The position numbers and the translations under genes were made by a program. Of a stretch of DNA of 51,840 bases, positions 28,607 to 37,547 are shown one piece after another. The notes beneath the pieces are model-generated. The model searched no databases, was not told the DNA's origin, and saw only the letters and a program-made list of their open reading frames with translations. Each line of letters opens with the position of its first letter. The stretch's first letter is position 1. This DNA is from a bacterium (lineage in GTDB: Bacteria; Patescibacteriota; Doudnabacteria; UBA920; VMFF01): contig DAIEPO010000002.1 of the NCBI GenBank assembly GCA_027348385.1, forward strand, positions 1 to 51,840, read 5' to 3'.

Positions 28607-29026
28607 CTAGTGGTGGTGACCTCCAGCCAGGGTAAAGGAGGCAAAGAGTCCACCGGTGGCCGTAAGCCAGGTAACGCCGACGATGCTCTCAATGTTGTGG
28701 TTCATGAAAAGGAGCAACGTCAGCAAGGCCACCCCGTAGCAGATCGTTCCGACCATCATCCATCTGTCGCCATGGGACGAACGTTCTTCGAGCGCGCTCC
28801 GGTTGACGGCCAGGATGAAGAGAATCGCTGGGACGAGCATGTTGCCCATTATGTCGAACTGCTCGCCGCGGGAGCTCTGGCCGATGACCTTTGAGATCGC
28901 CCAGAAGTGGGCGGCCAGAAGGCCAGCAAGCCACCACTGCACGTTGGGCCATTCGAACAGGGCGAGGCGCTTGATGCGCTTGTGAAGTGGAAGCTTCTCT
29001 GTGGAGGCTGCGTGCGTGTGTGACAT
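28607..29026 (-). CDS. four-TM membrane protein (139 aa), hypothetical, GC-rich
   Basis: Strong GC3 bias in this frame, AAGGA 8 nt upstream of the ATG, and four hydrophobic helices. His-rich termini (MSHTH..., ...GGHHH). Confidence 0.6.
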   Translation of the reverse strand: MSHTHAASTEKLPLHKRIKRLALFEWPNVQWWLAGLLAAHFWAISKVIGQSSRGEQFDIMGNMLVPAILFILAVNRSALEERSSHGDRWMMVGTICYGVALLTLLLFMNHNIESIVGVTWLTATGGLFASFTLAGGHHH

Positions 29027-29036
29027 TAGGCATCCT

Positions 29037-29053
29037 TGTCAGCTAAGCTGACA
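29037..29053. promoter_or_regulatory. perfect 8-1-8 palindrome TGTCAGCTaAGCTGACA abutting the SD of the 139-aa gene
   Basis: The palindrome is read directly from the sequence and overlaps the last base of the SD complement (29033-29037). Confidence 0.35.
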
Positions 29054-29146
29054 GTGTGGGTTCCATGTATTTGCAGGTGCGTCCTGGTTTCGAGTTTCTT
29101 CGTTTGTTTTGAAAGACAAACAAATACGCTACAGCCAGAATAGATG

Positions 29147-29175
29147 ACTGTAGCATAAATAGAGCTTTCTGTCAA
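29147..29175 (-). promoter_or_regulatory. promoter TTGACA-17-TACAGT in the AT-rich flank, pointing into cassette 2
   Basis: Minus strand reads TTGACAgaaagctctatttatgcTACAGT. The -35 lies in the loop of the uvrB-distal hairpin CTTTCTG/CAGAAAG (29165-29184). Confidence 0.4.
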
Positions 29176-29186
29176 TACAGAAAGTT

Positions 29187-31187
29187 TTAGCTTTTCTTAA
29201 GTTTTTGTATTTTTCTAACCTCAGTTATACGATCTCTAATAGTAGCTGCTTTTTCATATTCTAAGTTTCGTGCAGCAAGATCCATTTGTTCTTCAAGCTC
29301 TTGGATATAGTACCTGACTTCATTTTTATCCATGTTCCTGACATCTGCTTTGTCAGTTTCTAATACTGCAACCTTTGAACCTGAAAGCCTATCATCTTTA
29401 ATTGCTTTTTTGATTGATTGGGGAGTGATAGCATGTTTTGTGTTGTAAGCTTCTTGGATTTTTCTTCTGCGCTTTGTTTCTTCGATAGCTGCTTGCATAG
29501 ATCCTGTGATTCTGTCTGCATACATGATGACATGTCCGGAAAGATGTCTTGCAGCTCTGCCCATTATTTGCATCAAAGCTGTTTCACTTCGTAAGAATCC
29601 TTCCTTGTCCGCATCAAGAATTGCGATTAAAGAAACTTCTGGTAAATCTAAGCCTTCACGTAAAAGATTAATACCAACAACAACATCATAAACACCAAGC
29701 CTTAAATCACGAAGAATCTCTAATCTTTCAAAAGTATCAATTTCAGAGTGCAGATAGTGTACGGCAATACCAAGCTCTTTCATGTATTCTGCAAGTTCTT
29801 CAGCCATGCGTTTTGTTAAAGTTGTTACTAAAACACGCTGGTGTTTTTTAACTCTAGCTTGAACCTGCTCTATTAAGTCATCAACCTGGTTTTTTATGGG
29901 TTTAATTTCAATAGTTGGATCAAGAAGTCCTGTTGGACGAATCAATTGTTCTGCGATTAATTCTTTTGCTTTTGGAGTTGTAGCTCCGCTTTTTGCTAGT
30001 TCATATTTTGCAGGTGTTGCTGAAACATAAACAACCTGATTAATCTTTTTTTCAAACTCTGTAAATTTTAGCGGCCGGTTATCTAGTGCTGAAGGAAGTC
30101 TAAAACCATAATCAACTAGGGTTTGTTTTCTGCTGTGATCGCCTTCATACATCCCACCAATTTGGGGGATAGTCATGTGTGATTCATCAATGAACATTAA
30201 GAAATCATCTGGGAAATAGTGCAGGAGGGTTGATGGGGGCTCTCCTGGGGTCCTGAAATCTAGGTGTCTGGAGTAGTTTTCAATACCATTCACAAAACCT
30301 TGTGTTTGTATGGTTTCTAAATCAAAGTTAGTTCTTTGCTCTAAGCGTTGTGCTTCTAAAAGCTTGCCTTCTTTTTTAAATTTCTTTAACTGTTGATCCA
30401 GTTCCCCTCTGATGTTATCAACTGCTTTTTGGAGTTTTTCTTGTGGAGTAACAAAGTGTTTTGCAGGGAAAATGGTCACAGTTTCTAAATCTTGGATATC
30501 AGAGCCTGTTAAAATATCGTGTTCTGATATTCTTTCAATTTCATCTCCGAAAAAAGAAAGACGGATAACTGCTTCAGAAGAGGCCAAAACAATTTCTAAG
30601 ATATCACCACGAACGCGGTAAGTGCCTCTTTTTAAATCCATGTCATTCCTAGAAAATTGTAAGTCAACAAGTCTACGCAGTAATGTATCGCGTTTAACCT
30701 TTTCTCCTTTTTTAAGTGTTAGAGAAAGTTCAAGATAGTCAGCAGGATTGCCTAAACCATAAATACAGGAAACCGAAGCAACAATTAAAACATCTTTTCT
30801 AGTTAACAAGCTCTGAGTTGCGGCATTTCTCAAACGATCAATTTCTTCATTGATTTGGGTTTCTTTTTCAATGTATGTATCTGTTCTTGGAACATATGCT
30901 TCTGGTTGATAGTAGTCATAGTAGGAGACAAAGTAGTGCACTGCATTTTCTGGGAAAAACTCTTGAAACTCAGAAGCAAGCTGTGCAGCTAGTGTTTTGT
31001 TGTGCGAGATTATTAGGGTTGGTTTCTGAATTTCTGAAATAATGTTAGCCATGGTAAAAGTTTTACCAGAACCAGTTACGCCTAAAAGCGTTTGGTCTCG
31101 ATTTCCTTTTTTGATCGATTTAACCAATTTAGCAATTGCGTCTGGCTGATCACCAGCAGGTTTGTAGGAGGAAACTAATTTGAACAT
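29187..31187 (-). CDS. uvrB: excinuclease ABC subunit B
   Basis: [16 protein letters not shown], helicase motifs and a C-terminal UVR domain. Start at 31187 (MFKLVSSY) is favoured because TAGAAT lies 7 nt upstream. The alternative ATG is at 31196. Confidence 0.95.
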   Translation of the reverse strand: MFKLVSSYKPAGDQPDAIAKLVKSIKKGNRDQTLLGVTGSGKTFTMANIISEIQKPTLIISHNKTLAAQLASEFQEFFPENAVHYFVSYYDYYQPEAYVPRTDTYIEKETQINEEIDRLRNAATQSLLTRKDVLIVASVSCIYGLGNPADYLELSLTLKKGEKVKRDTLLRRLVDLQFSRNDMDLKRGTYRVRGDILEIVLASSEAVIRLSFFGDEIERISEHDILTGSDIQDLETVTIFPAKHFVTPQEKLQKAVDNIRGELDQQLKKFKKEGKLLEAQRLEQRTNFDLETIQTQGFVNGIENYSRHLDFRTPGEPPSTLLHYFPDDFLMFIDESHMTIPQIGGMYEGDHSRKQTLVDYGFRLPSALDNRPLKFTEFEKKINQVVYVSATPAKYELAKSGATTPKAKELIAEQLIRPTGLLDPTIEIKPIKNQVDDLIEQVQARVKKHQRVLVTTLTKRMAEELAEYMKELGIAVHYLHSEIDTFERLEILRDLRLGVYDVVVGINLLREGLDLPEVSLIAILDADKEGFLRSETALMQIMGRAARHLSGHVIMYADRITGSMQAAIEETKRRRKIQEAYNTKHAITPQSIKKAIKDDRLSGSKVAVLETDKADVRNMDKNEVRYYIQELEEQMDLAARNLEYEKAATIRDRITEVRKIQKLKKS

Positions 31188-31194
31188 ATATTCC

Positions 31195-31200
31195 ATTCTA
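31195..31200 (-). promoter_or_regulatory. -10 box TAGAAT 7 nt upstream of the uvrB ATG 31187
   Basis: Minus strand reads TAGAAT-ggaatat-ATG. Confidence 0.4.
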
Positions 31201-31254
31201 ACTGTTTCGAGAAGCAGGGTAAATAGCGGTATTTCCTTTAACCCTTTTTGTATA

Positions 31255-31260
31255 TATAAT
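31255..31260 (+). promoter_or_regulatory. -10 box TATAAT 6 nt upstream of the ruvA ATG; leaderless start
   Basis: TATAAT-caatgt-ATG(31267). Confidence 0.45.
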
Positions 31261-31266
31261 CAATGT

Positions 31267-31824
31267 ATGATTGGATATATAAAAGGGAAAATAATCGGTA
31301 AAAACGAGCAATCTTTACTCATAGAAAACAATGGTATTGGTTACAGAGTTTTTACAACTCCGCAGATGTTAGCTAAAGAGGTTGGCTCGGAGATTGAACT
31401 ACATACTCATCTGCAAGTCAGAGAAGACGCATTAAACCTTTTTGGCTTCGCAAATGCTTCTGAGTTAAACTTTTTTGAGCTTTTAACAACAGTTTCAGGG
31501 GTTGGCCCTAAAGTGGCTTTGTCCGTGCTCTCCGCAGGAGATCTGGAGTTGATTAAAGGAGCAATAGTTTCTCAAGATGCAGCTGTGTTTACTAAAGTTT
31601 CAGGAGTTGGTAAAAAAACCGCAGAACGAATCATCGTAGAGTTAAAAGAAAAAATTTCTGGAAATGTTTCTGTTTTAGGATTAGGTAAATCTGATGATCT
31701 TTTGGGAGCCTTAGAACAACTTGGGTATTCCCTAAGAGAGATTAAAGAAGTCTTAAACAAAATAGATCACACATTAACAACAGAAGAAAAATTAAAACAA
31801 GCTTTAAAATTACTGAGCAAGTAA
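31267..31824 (+). CDS. ruvA: Holliday junction DNA helicase RuvA
   Basis: MIGYIKGKI...GIGYRV start and helix-hairpin-helix repeats (VSGVGPKVAL, VSGVGKKTAERI). Confidence 0.9.
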   Translation: MIGYIKGKIIGKNEQSLLIENNGIGYRVFTTPQMLAKEVGSEIELHTHLQVREDALNLFGFANASELNFFELLTTVSGVGPKVALSVLSAGDLELIKGAIVSQDAAVFTKVSGVGKKTAERIIVELKEKISGNVSVLGLGKSDDLLGALEQLGYSLREIKEVLNKIDHTLTTEEKLKQALKLLSK

Positions 31825-31825
31825 A

Positions 31826-32815
31826 ATGAAGTTAATAGAGTTTACAGAAGGTGAGCAAGCGACGTATCAATCATTGGTTTCAATCAATGGTTGTTTTTTG
31901 CAGGACTGGCAATGGGGTGAGTTTCAAAAGTCTTTGGGTAAAAAAGTTTTACGTTTTGGAATATTAGAAAAAGAAGAACTTCTTTTAGTAGCTTCCGGAT
32001 ATTTGCAACAAATGGGCAATAAAAGTTACTTCTTCCTACCCTATGGACCAATATTAAAGACGTCAGAGCTTTCTCGTTTTAATGATTTAATGCAATTTTT
32101 TTGTTTGGAATTAAAACAAAAATATCCTAGTTTAATTTTTGTTCGCTTTGAGCCTTTGCAGATTACTTCGGAATCTATTAAGTTAGCAAAAAAAAGCATT
32201 GATTTAGATCCACACCAAACTTTAATATTGGATTTGGAAAAAACAGAAGAGCAGCTACTTTCTGAAATGCATCCTAAAACTAGATACAACATTAAAGTTG
32301 CTACTAAACACGAAGTAGAGATACAAGTTTCAAACGAATTAACAAAAGATGCTTTAAACCTTTTGTTAGAAACTTCAAAGCGTGCTGGGATTAGAGGTTT
32401 TGATTCTGATTATTACACAAAGCTTGTGCAATACTTTAGAGAAAACAAAGACATAACCGTAAAAGTATATACTGCGAAACATCAAGGATATTTGTTAGCA
32501 GTAAATGTCATCCTAACTTACAAACAACAAAGCACATATTTGTTTGGGGGTTCCGCAGATCAAAAGAGAAACCTCATGGCGCCATATCTTTTGCACTGGC
32601 AAATCATTCAAGACTTAAAGAAACAAGGTTTTGAGAAATATGATTTTTGGGGTGTTGAAACAGACCTAAAACATCCCTGGTATGGTTTTAGCAAATTTAA
32701 GCTTGGTTTTGGTGGGGAAGTTGTAAAATATGCTGGAACATGGGATTACGTGCTTAATTCGGCGTGGTATAATGTATATATAATTATTAGAAAATTAAAT
32801 AGAATCATCAAATGA
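31826..32815 (+). CDS. FemAB-family peptidoglycan peptide-bridge aminoacyltransferase
   Basis: 329 aa with a GNAT-like duplicated fold signature (YDFWGV ... FKLGFGG). Confidence 0.7.
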   Translation: MKLIEFTEGEQATYQSLVSINGCFLQDWQWGEFQKSLGKKVLRFGILEKEELLLVASGYLQQMGNKSYFFLPYGPILKTSELSRFNDLMQFFCLELKQKYPSLIFVRFEPLQITSESIKLAKKSIDLDPHQTLILDLEKTEEQLLSEMHPKTRYNIKVATKHEVEIQVSNELTKDALNLLLETSKRAGIRGFDSDYYTKLVQYFRENKDITVKVYTAKHQGYLLAVNVILTYKQQSTYLFGGSADQKRNLMAPYLLHWQIIQDLKKQGFEKYDFWGVETDLKHPWYGFSKFKLGFGGEVVKYAGTWDYVLNSAWYNVYIIIRKLNRIIK

Positions 32816-33405
32816 AATACAAAATCTGTGTCTCAGGTTCAGCAGCAAACAATTGCGGACCGGGTGCGTTCAAGAAGTCATGGGAAGTAGGCAGGGAAAT
32901 AGCAAAACAGGGGGCAGTTTTAGTAACTGGGGCAACAATTGGCATTCCGGAATGGGCAGCAAGAGGAGCTAAATCTGTAAAAGGTTTTTCAATTGGGCTT
33001 TCTCCAGCAGGCAGTATGCGCGAACATGTTCGCAAATACCATTTACCAACCAGTCATATGGATATAATCGTATACACTGGTTTTGACTATTCTGGTAGAA
33101 ACTTGCTCTTAACTCGTTCTTCAGATGCAGTCATTGAAATTTGTGGACGTGTTGGAACCTTAAATGAATTTACCATTGCTTTTGAAGACCGAAAACCAAT
33201 TGGTGTTTTACTTGGTACAGGCGGGGCTGTTGAAGAAATTCCACACATCCTTAAAGTTGCAAAACGTGGTAGCAAAAACGTCATTTACGATACTGATCCC
33301 AAAAGACTTGTAACAAAAGTCATCAAAGCAGTTAGGGCTCAAAACAGAAACATAGAGAGAGAAGAAAGAAATGTTAGAAAGAGAAGAATTACTTCACCAG
33401 AATAA
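32812..33405 (+). CDS. TIGR00725/LOG-like Rossmann-fold protein
   Basis: ICVSGSA...GAVLVTGATIGIPEWAARGA...GRVGTLNEF pattern. ATGA overlap with femAB. Confidence 0.55.
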   Translation: MKYKICVSGSAANNCGPGAFKKSWEVGREIAKQGAVLVTGATIGIPEWAARGAKSVKGFSIGLSPAGSMREHVRKYHLPTSHMDIIVYTGFDYSGRNLLLTRSSDAVIEICGRVGTLNEFTIAFEDRKPIGVLLGTGGAVEEIPHILKVAKRGSKNVIYDTDPKRLVTKVIKAVRAQNRNIEREERNVRKRRITSPE

Positions 33406-33419
33406 TTAGTTTTTGAAAA

Positions 33420-34700
33420 ATGCAATTTTTCTTTAACATCATCAAAGCAATATTGCCAAAAAGCTGGCTTAAAAAAATCCGTCCGTTTGGTCACGGATTT
33501 TTAGCATACCTGGCTGCTTTTTGGTATATGTTTCCAGCAAGAAAAATGACAGTCATTGGTATTACTGGGACAAGTGGTAAATCCACAACAACTCAGATTC
33601 TTTCAAAGATTTTAAACCAAGCAGGTAAGCAAACCGGATATATTACAACAGTCGAGTTCTTTGATGGCAGAAGAACAGAATTGAATAAACATGGCATGAG
33701 CATGCCCGGAAGATTTTTGTTGCAAAGAGAACTAGCAGAAATGCTTGCAGTTGGTTGCACGCACGCAATTGTTGAATGTACTTCAGAAGGGCTTTCTCAA
33801 AACAGACATTTAGGCATTGATTTTGATGTTGCTTTAATAACCAATCTTAAAGAAGCGCATTTAGAAGCACACGGCGGATTTGAAAATTACAAACTAGCTA
33901 AAGCAAAACTTTTCAAAGCACTAGAGCGTTCAAACAAAAAGCACAAGATTATAGGGTTAAACCAAGATGACGAGCATGCGAACTTCTTTGGTGCTTTCAA
34001 ATCAACAGAACAATTCAGTGTTAGTTTGAAAAACGCAAACTTAAAAGTATCGAACAATGCAACTGAATTTGAATTAAACGCGAACACCTACAGAACACAT
34101 CTTCCTGGAGAGTTTAATGCTTACAATGCAGCAATGGCCATAACTTGTGCAAACAAACTCGGAGTTGTCGATGCTAAGGTCATACAAGAAGCACTCAATC
34201 AAATCATCGAAATACCAGGTAGAATGCAGCAAATACAGAACAATAAAGGCATACTAGTATACCTGGATTATGCTCCAGAACCACACGGCATGAATAGCGC
34301 TTTAAAGGCAGTATCTTTAATGCCACATCAAAGGTTAATTAATGTTTTTGGTTCAACAGGAGGACACAGAGATGCTTCAAAGCGTTTTGAGTTTGGTAAA
34401 ATCTCTTCTAACTATGCGGATACAATTATCATCACCAATGACGATGTCTATGATTCAGACCCAGGAGAAATAGCTGCAGATATTGAAAAAGGAATTACAG
34501 ACAATCAAAACAGAAAAGAAAATATTAAAGTTCTAACAATTCTAGATCGTAAAGAAGCAATCCGCACAGCAATCGAGCTGGCTAAACCAGGGGATATATT
34601 AATAATTACGGGAAAAGGTTCAGAGCAGTTCTTGGTATTACCAGGCAACCAGAGAATAGAGTGGGATGAAAAAAGAACCATCGAGGAGCTGTTAAAATGA
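33420..34700 (+). CDS. Mur ligase family protein (MurE-like)
   Basis: GITGTSGKSTT P-loop with Mur ligase middle and C-terminal domains. Confidence 0.8.
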   Translation: MQFFFNIIKAILPKSWLKKIRPFGHGFLAYLAAFWYMFPARKMTVIGITGTSGKSTTTQILSKILNQAGKQTGYITTVEFFDGRRTELNKHGMSMPGRFLLQRELAEMLAVGCTHAIVECTSEGLSQNRHLGIDFDVALITNLKEAHLEAHGGFENYKLAKAKLFKALERSNKKHKIIGLNQDDEHANFFGAFKSTEQFSVSLKNANLKVSNNATEFELNANTYRTHLPGEFNAYNAAMAITCANKLGVVDAKVIQEALNQIIEIPGRMQQIQNNKGILVYLDYAPEPHGMNSALKAVSLMPHQRLINVFGSTGGHRDASKRFEFGKISSNYADTIIITNDDVYDSDPGEIAADIEKGITDNQNRKENIKVLTILDRKEAIRTAIELAKPGDILIITGKGSEQFLVLPGNQRIEWDEKRTIEELLK

Positions 34701-35074
34701 TTCTTTACATTAACAGCGCAGGATTTGAGAAACTACATTTTGCTTTAATTACAAAAAAGATCAAGCAAAAAAAGATTTCCATCAAACACCCAGAGCTTGA
34801 AAAAACAGCTGAATACTTAGAAGCGTTTCTCAAAGAAAACAAAACAAAGCTAGAAGAGATAGAGAAAATAATTGTGGTTGTAGGCAAAGGATCTTTTACA
34901 GGTGTTCGTGTTGGTGTTGCACTAGCCTTGGCATTTGCTATGGCACTCGGGATAAAGGCATATGCGGTTGAACAAACAGAAAACTCTTCAGACCTGAAGA
35001 GTTTAATAAAAAAGAAAATGGTTTTGATAAAAACGGGGTATCAACCAGAGTATGCAGCTAAACCAAACATAACT
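34697..35074 (+). CDS. TsaB-like (t6A protein, N-terminal half) reading frame with no stop of its own
   Basis: GKGSFTGVRVGVALALAFAMALG is the TsaB/YeaZ signature. The frame continues uninterrupted into the pilin at 35075. Confidence 0.5.
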
Positions 35075-35542
35075 ATGAAAAAACAAAAAGCTTTTACCTT
35101 AATTGAATTACTAGTAGTTATCGCAATTATAGGTCTACTTGCATCTATTCTTATGGTCTCTATTGGTAATGCCAGGTTAAAATCCAGAGAAGCCAAAAGG
35201 CTTGCAGATCTTCGTCAGATTCGTTCTGCTTTAGAGTTGTATGTTAACGACAACGGTAATTATCCCGGAGCTGTCACCAGCTATTATTGGATCAGTGACA
35301 ACAACTATCCGGGTTCAGGTCCATGGCCTCCATGTTCAACAACAACAGGTGGTTTAAAACCATACATTGCAAATGTTTGCAGTGTTCTAGACCCAAGTGG
35401 TTACCCTTATGCATTTTCAGTTGATTCAAGTGGTCGGTATCATTTAGGTGCAAGATTTGAAACAACAGCAAACCAAGGCACTCAGTTCTACTACAATAAC
35501 GGTGTTACACCTGTTGCCAACTATTATGAACCTAAAAATTAA
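35075..35542 (+). CDS. type IV pilin-like protein (prepilin N-terminal cleavage/methylation domain)
   Basis: MKKQKA-FTLIELLVVIAIIGLLASI class III signal. An internal ATG in the same frame as the TsaB-like region. Confidence 0.7.
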   Translation: MKKQKAFTLIELLVVIAIIGLLASILMVSIGNARLKSREAKRLADLRQIRSALELYVNDNGNYPGAVTSYYWISDNNYPGSGPWPPCSTTTGGLKPYIANVCSVLDPSGYPYAFSVDSSGRYHLGARFETTANQGTQFYYNNGVTPVANYYEPKN

Positions 35543-36288
35543 TCTTGTTTTAATTTAGCAGTGTAACTAAGAATAACAATAACCACTAAAAGCCACGCTC
35601 CCAAACCTAAAAGATCTGGGAGTGTTTGTTTTAATGTCCAGTCTTGAATAAAGTTGTTGCGCATGCCCTCAGCAAGATATGTTACTGGAAGTTTAGATGC
35701 AATAAATTTTAGGACTGTTGGAAAATTTTCTGTTGGGAAGAAAATATTTCCCAAGAAAGTAAAGAGCAAATTTAGAATCGTAGTTATTGGAGCTGCTTCC
35801 TCATAAGTCTTAGCAAAACTTGAAACTGCAAAACCAATACCAAGGAAAACCGCACCACCCATAAGCATCAAAAGCACAATAGCTAAACCACTTCCAGGAA
35901 TTGATGTCTTAAAATACCAGACCCCAATAGATATGATCAAACCAATTTGAATTGCCATCAAAACCAATCTTGATGCAATCAAAGAGCCAAGCATTTCAAA
36001 GTTAGAAAGTGGTGTTACCAAAAGCCTTTTAATAACTCCACGGGCTTTTAAATCAACCAACCAATACGCTAAAGAAAATATCCCTGTCTGCATTATGGTC
36101 ATAGCAATAATGCCGGGAAGAAGATATTCAGAATAGGTGACAGTGTGGCTACCAGGAGCATTGCCACTGATTTTGCTAATTGCTAAATACAAAAATACTG
36201 GTAGAAATATATTAAAGAACAACCCTCGCCAATTACGGTAGAGCATTCTAAAGTTTGTTAAAAAAAGTTGCCAAAAGGATATAAACAT
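35539..36288 (-). CDS. ABC-2 type transporter permease
   Basis: 249 aa, six-TM ABC-2 pattern, immediately downstream of the ATPase. Confidence 0.8.
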   Translation of the reverse strand: MFISFWQLFLTNFRMLYRNWRGLFFNIFLPVFLYLAISKISGNAPGSHTVTYSEYLLPGIIAMTIMQTGIFSLAYWLVDLKARGVIKRLLVTPLSNFEMLGSLIASRLVLMAIQIGLIISIGVWYFKTSIPGSGLAIVLLMLMGGAVFLGIGFAVSSFAKTYEEAAPITTILNLLFTFLGNIFFPTENFPTVLKFIASKLPVTYLAEGMRNNFIQDWTLKQTLPDLLGLGAWLLVVIVILSYTAKLKQD

Positions 36289-37218
36289 CTAAGACTCCTC
36301 AGAATAGCTATGACCTGTTAAGTGTAAATAAACATCCTCAAGCTTAGCTGTTTTTAAGTTTAAGAACTTGTATTCAGTGTTTGTTCTTTTCAGTTTTTGA
36401 ACTATTCCTGGCAGTTCTTCAACGTCTCCTAGATCAAGCGTTACTTTTGGATATTCTTCTTTTAGATTTTCAACAGATTTAAATTCAGCAAAAAAATCTT
36501 TTGGCATTTGTTTCTCAACAAAAAAACTTAACTTGTACAGACGATCTAAAGAGGCGATAAGGTCTTCGGGACTATCCATCTTTAATATTTTTCCCGAATC
36601 CATAATCGCAACACGGTTACAAAGATATTCTGCTTCTTCCATGTAATGTGTGGTCATGACAATGGTGATGTTTTGTTTGTTGAGTTCTTTAATAAAGTCC
36701 CACATCTCTCGGCGTGCTTGTGGATCAAGACCTGTGGTTGGTTCATCCAAGAAAAGAATTTCTGGTTTATGCACCAAAGCTGTGGCAATAGTGAAGCGTT
36801 GCTTCTGTCCACCCGACAAAGATTTAACAACACTCTTTGCGCGATCTTCTAAGCCAACATGTTTTAACAATGCCAGAGGGTCAATCTTTTCTTTGTAAAG
36901 ACTTGCAAATAAGACTAAGAGCTCTTCAAGACTTAAATAGTTTAGATATTCGCTACTTTGTAGCTGCACACCAATTTTTTTCTTAATCAACGCGCTTTGG
37001 CTTAAGTTATCCAAACCAAGCACATGACAAGAGCCTGAAGTCTGTTGCTTCAGTCCTTCGATAATCTCTAGAGTTGTTGTCTTACCAGCACCATTAGGGC
37101 CGAGGATACCAAAGATTTCATTGCGGTATACTTCAAAGCTTACACCTCTTAATGCTTGAACATCCTTGTACTCTTTCTTTAAGTCCTTAACAGTAATTAC
37201 TTTTTCATTTTTTACCAT
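36289..37218 (-). CDS. ABC transporter ATP-binding protein
   Basis: GPNGAGKTT, LSGGQKQR and ILFLDEPTTGLD. Confidence 0.9.
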   Translation of the reverse strand: MVKNEKVITVKDLKKEYKDVQALRGVSFEVYRNEIFGILGPNGAGKTTTLEIIEGLKQQTSGSCHVLGLDNLSQSALIKKKIGVQLQSSEYLNYLSLEELLVLFASLYKEKIDPLALLKHVGLEDRAKSVVKSLSGGQKQRFTIATALVHKPEILFLDEPTTGLDPQARREMWDFIKELNKQNITIVMTTHYMEEAEYLCNRVAIMDSGKILKMDSPEDLIASLDRLYKLSFFVEKQMPKDFFAEFKSVENLKEEYPKVTLDLGDVEELPGIVQKLKRTNTEYKFLNLKTAKLEDVYLHLTGHSYSEES

Positions 37219-37224
37219 GCGTAT

Positions 37225-37230
37225 ATTATA
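37225..37230 (-). promoter_or_regulatory. -10 box TATAAT 6 nt upstream of the ABC ATPase ATG; leaderless start
   Basis: Minus strand reads TATAAT-atacgc-ATG. Confidence 0.45.
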
Positions 37231-37440
37231 CCCTAAAATCTTTTAAAGTATATTTTGAGCTTGCAATATAATTGTAAACATGGTTTAATCCGTAAATTTT
37301 GACAGTATTTTTTAAAAAACAGGGTAGTGGATAATTGCTTGGGGATATGTTCGGGATGAAATGTGTGTAATTCTGCCATTTTTTGGCTTAAATAAGCCAA
37401 AAAAGTCATTTTCCTTGACATTTTGACTTCTTGCACTCAC

Positions 37441-37468
37441 TTGACAATGAGCCTAAAAGAAGTATAAT
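37441..37468 (+). promoter_or_regulatory. promoter TTGACA-16-TATAAT for rpoBC
   Basis: TTGACAatgagcctaaaagaagTATAAT, about 80 nt upstream of the rpoB start. Preceded by two more TTGAC copies. Confidence 0.5.
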
Positions 37469-37547
37469 TCCATTATGCATTTTCGCCCAATTTTTTAAGC
37501 CTAACTAGAAAGGTCCATTTTCCGTTTGGGGAATGGAGAGTTTTTAT

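Noticed and set aside
28436-29033. Overlapping ORFs in cassette 2: 28436-28894 plus, 28689-29033 minus, 28486-28692 minus and 28803-28985 plus.
   Set aside because: This is the same GC artefact. They overlap the 139-aa membrane protein frame, which has the SD, the TM periodicity and the GC3 bias.
35539-35542. The 4-nt convergent overlap of the pilin and ABC-2 permease stop codons, as a regulatory feature.
   Set aside because: This is simply tight packing of convergent genes (TTAA-type shared stop region). There is no associated structure, so it is not informative on its own.
37233-37436. 67-aa ORF on the minus strand in the ABC / rpoB intergenic region.
   Set aside because: It has no SD or leaderless -10 geometry. 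It spans the palindrome and promoter elements, and its sequence is low-complexity and Lys/Leu-rich. It is most likely non-coding.
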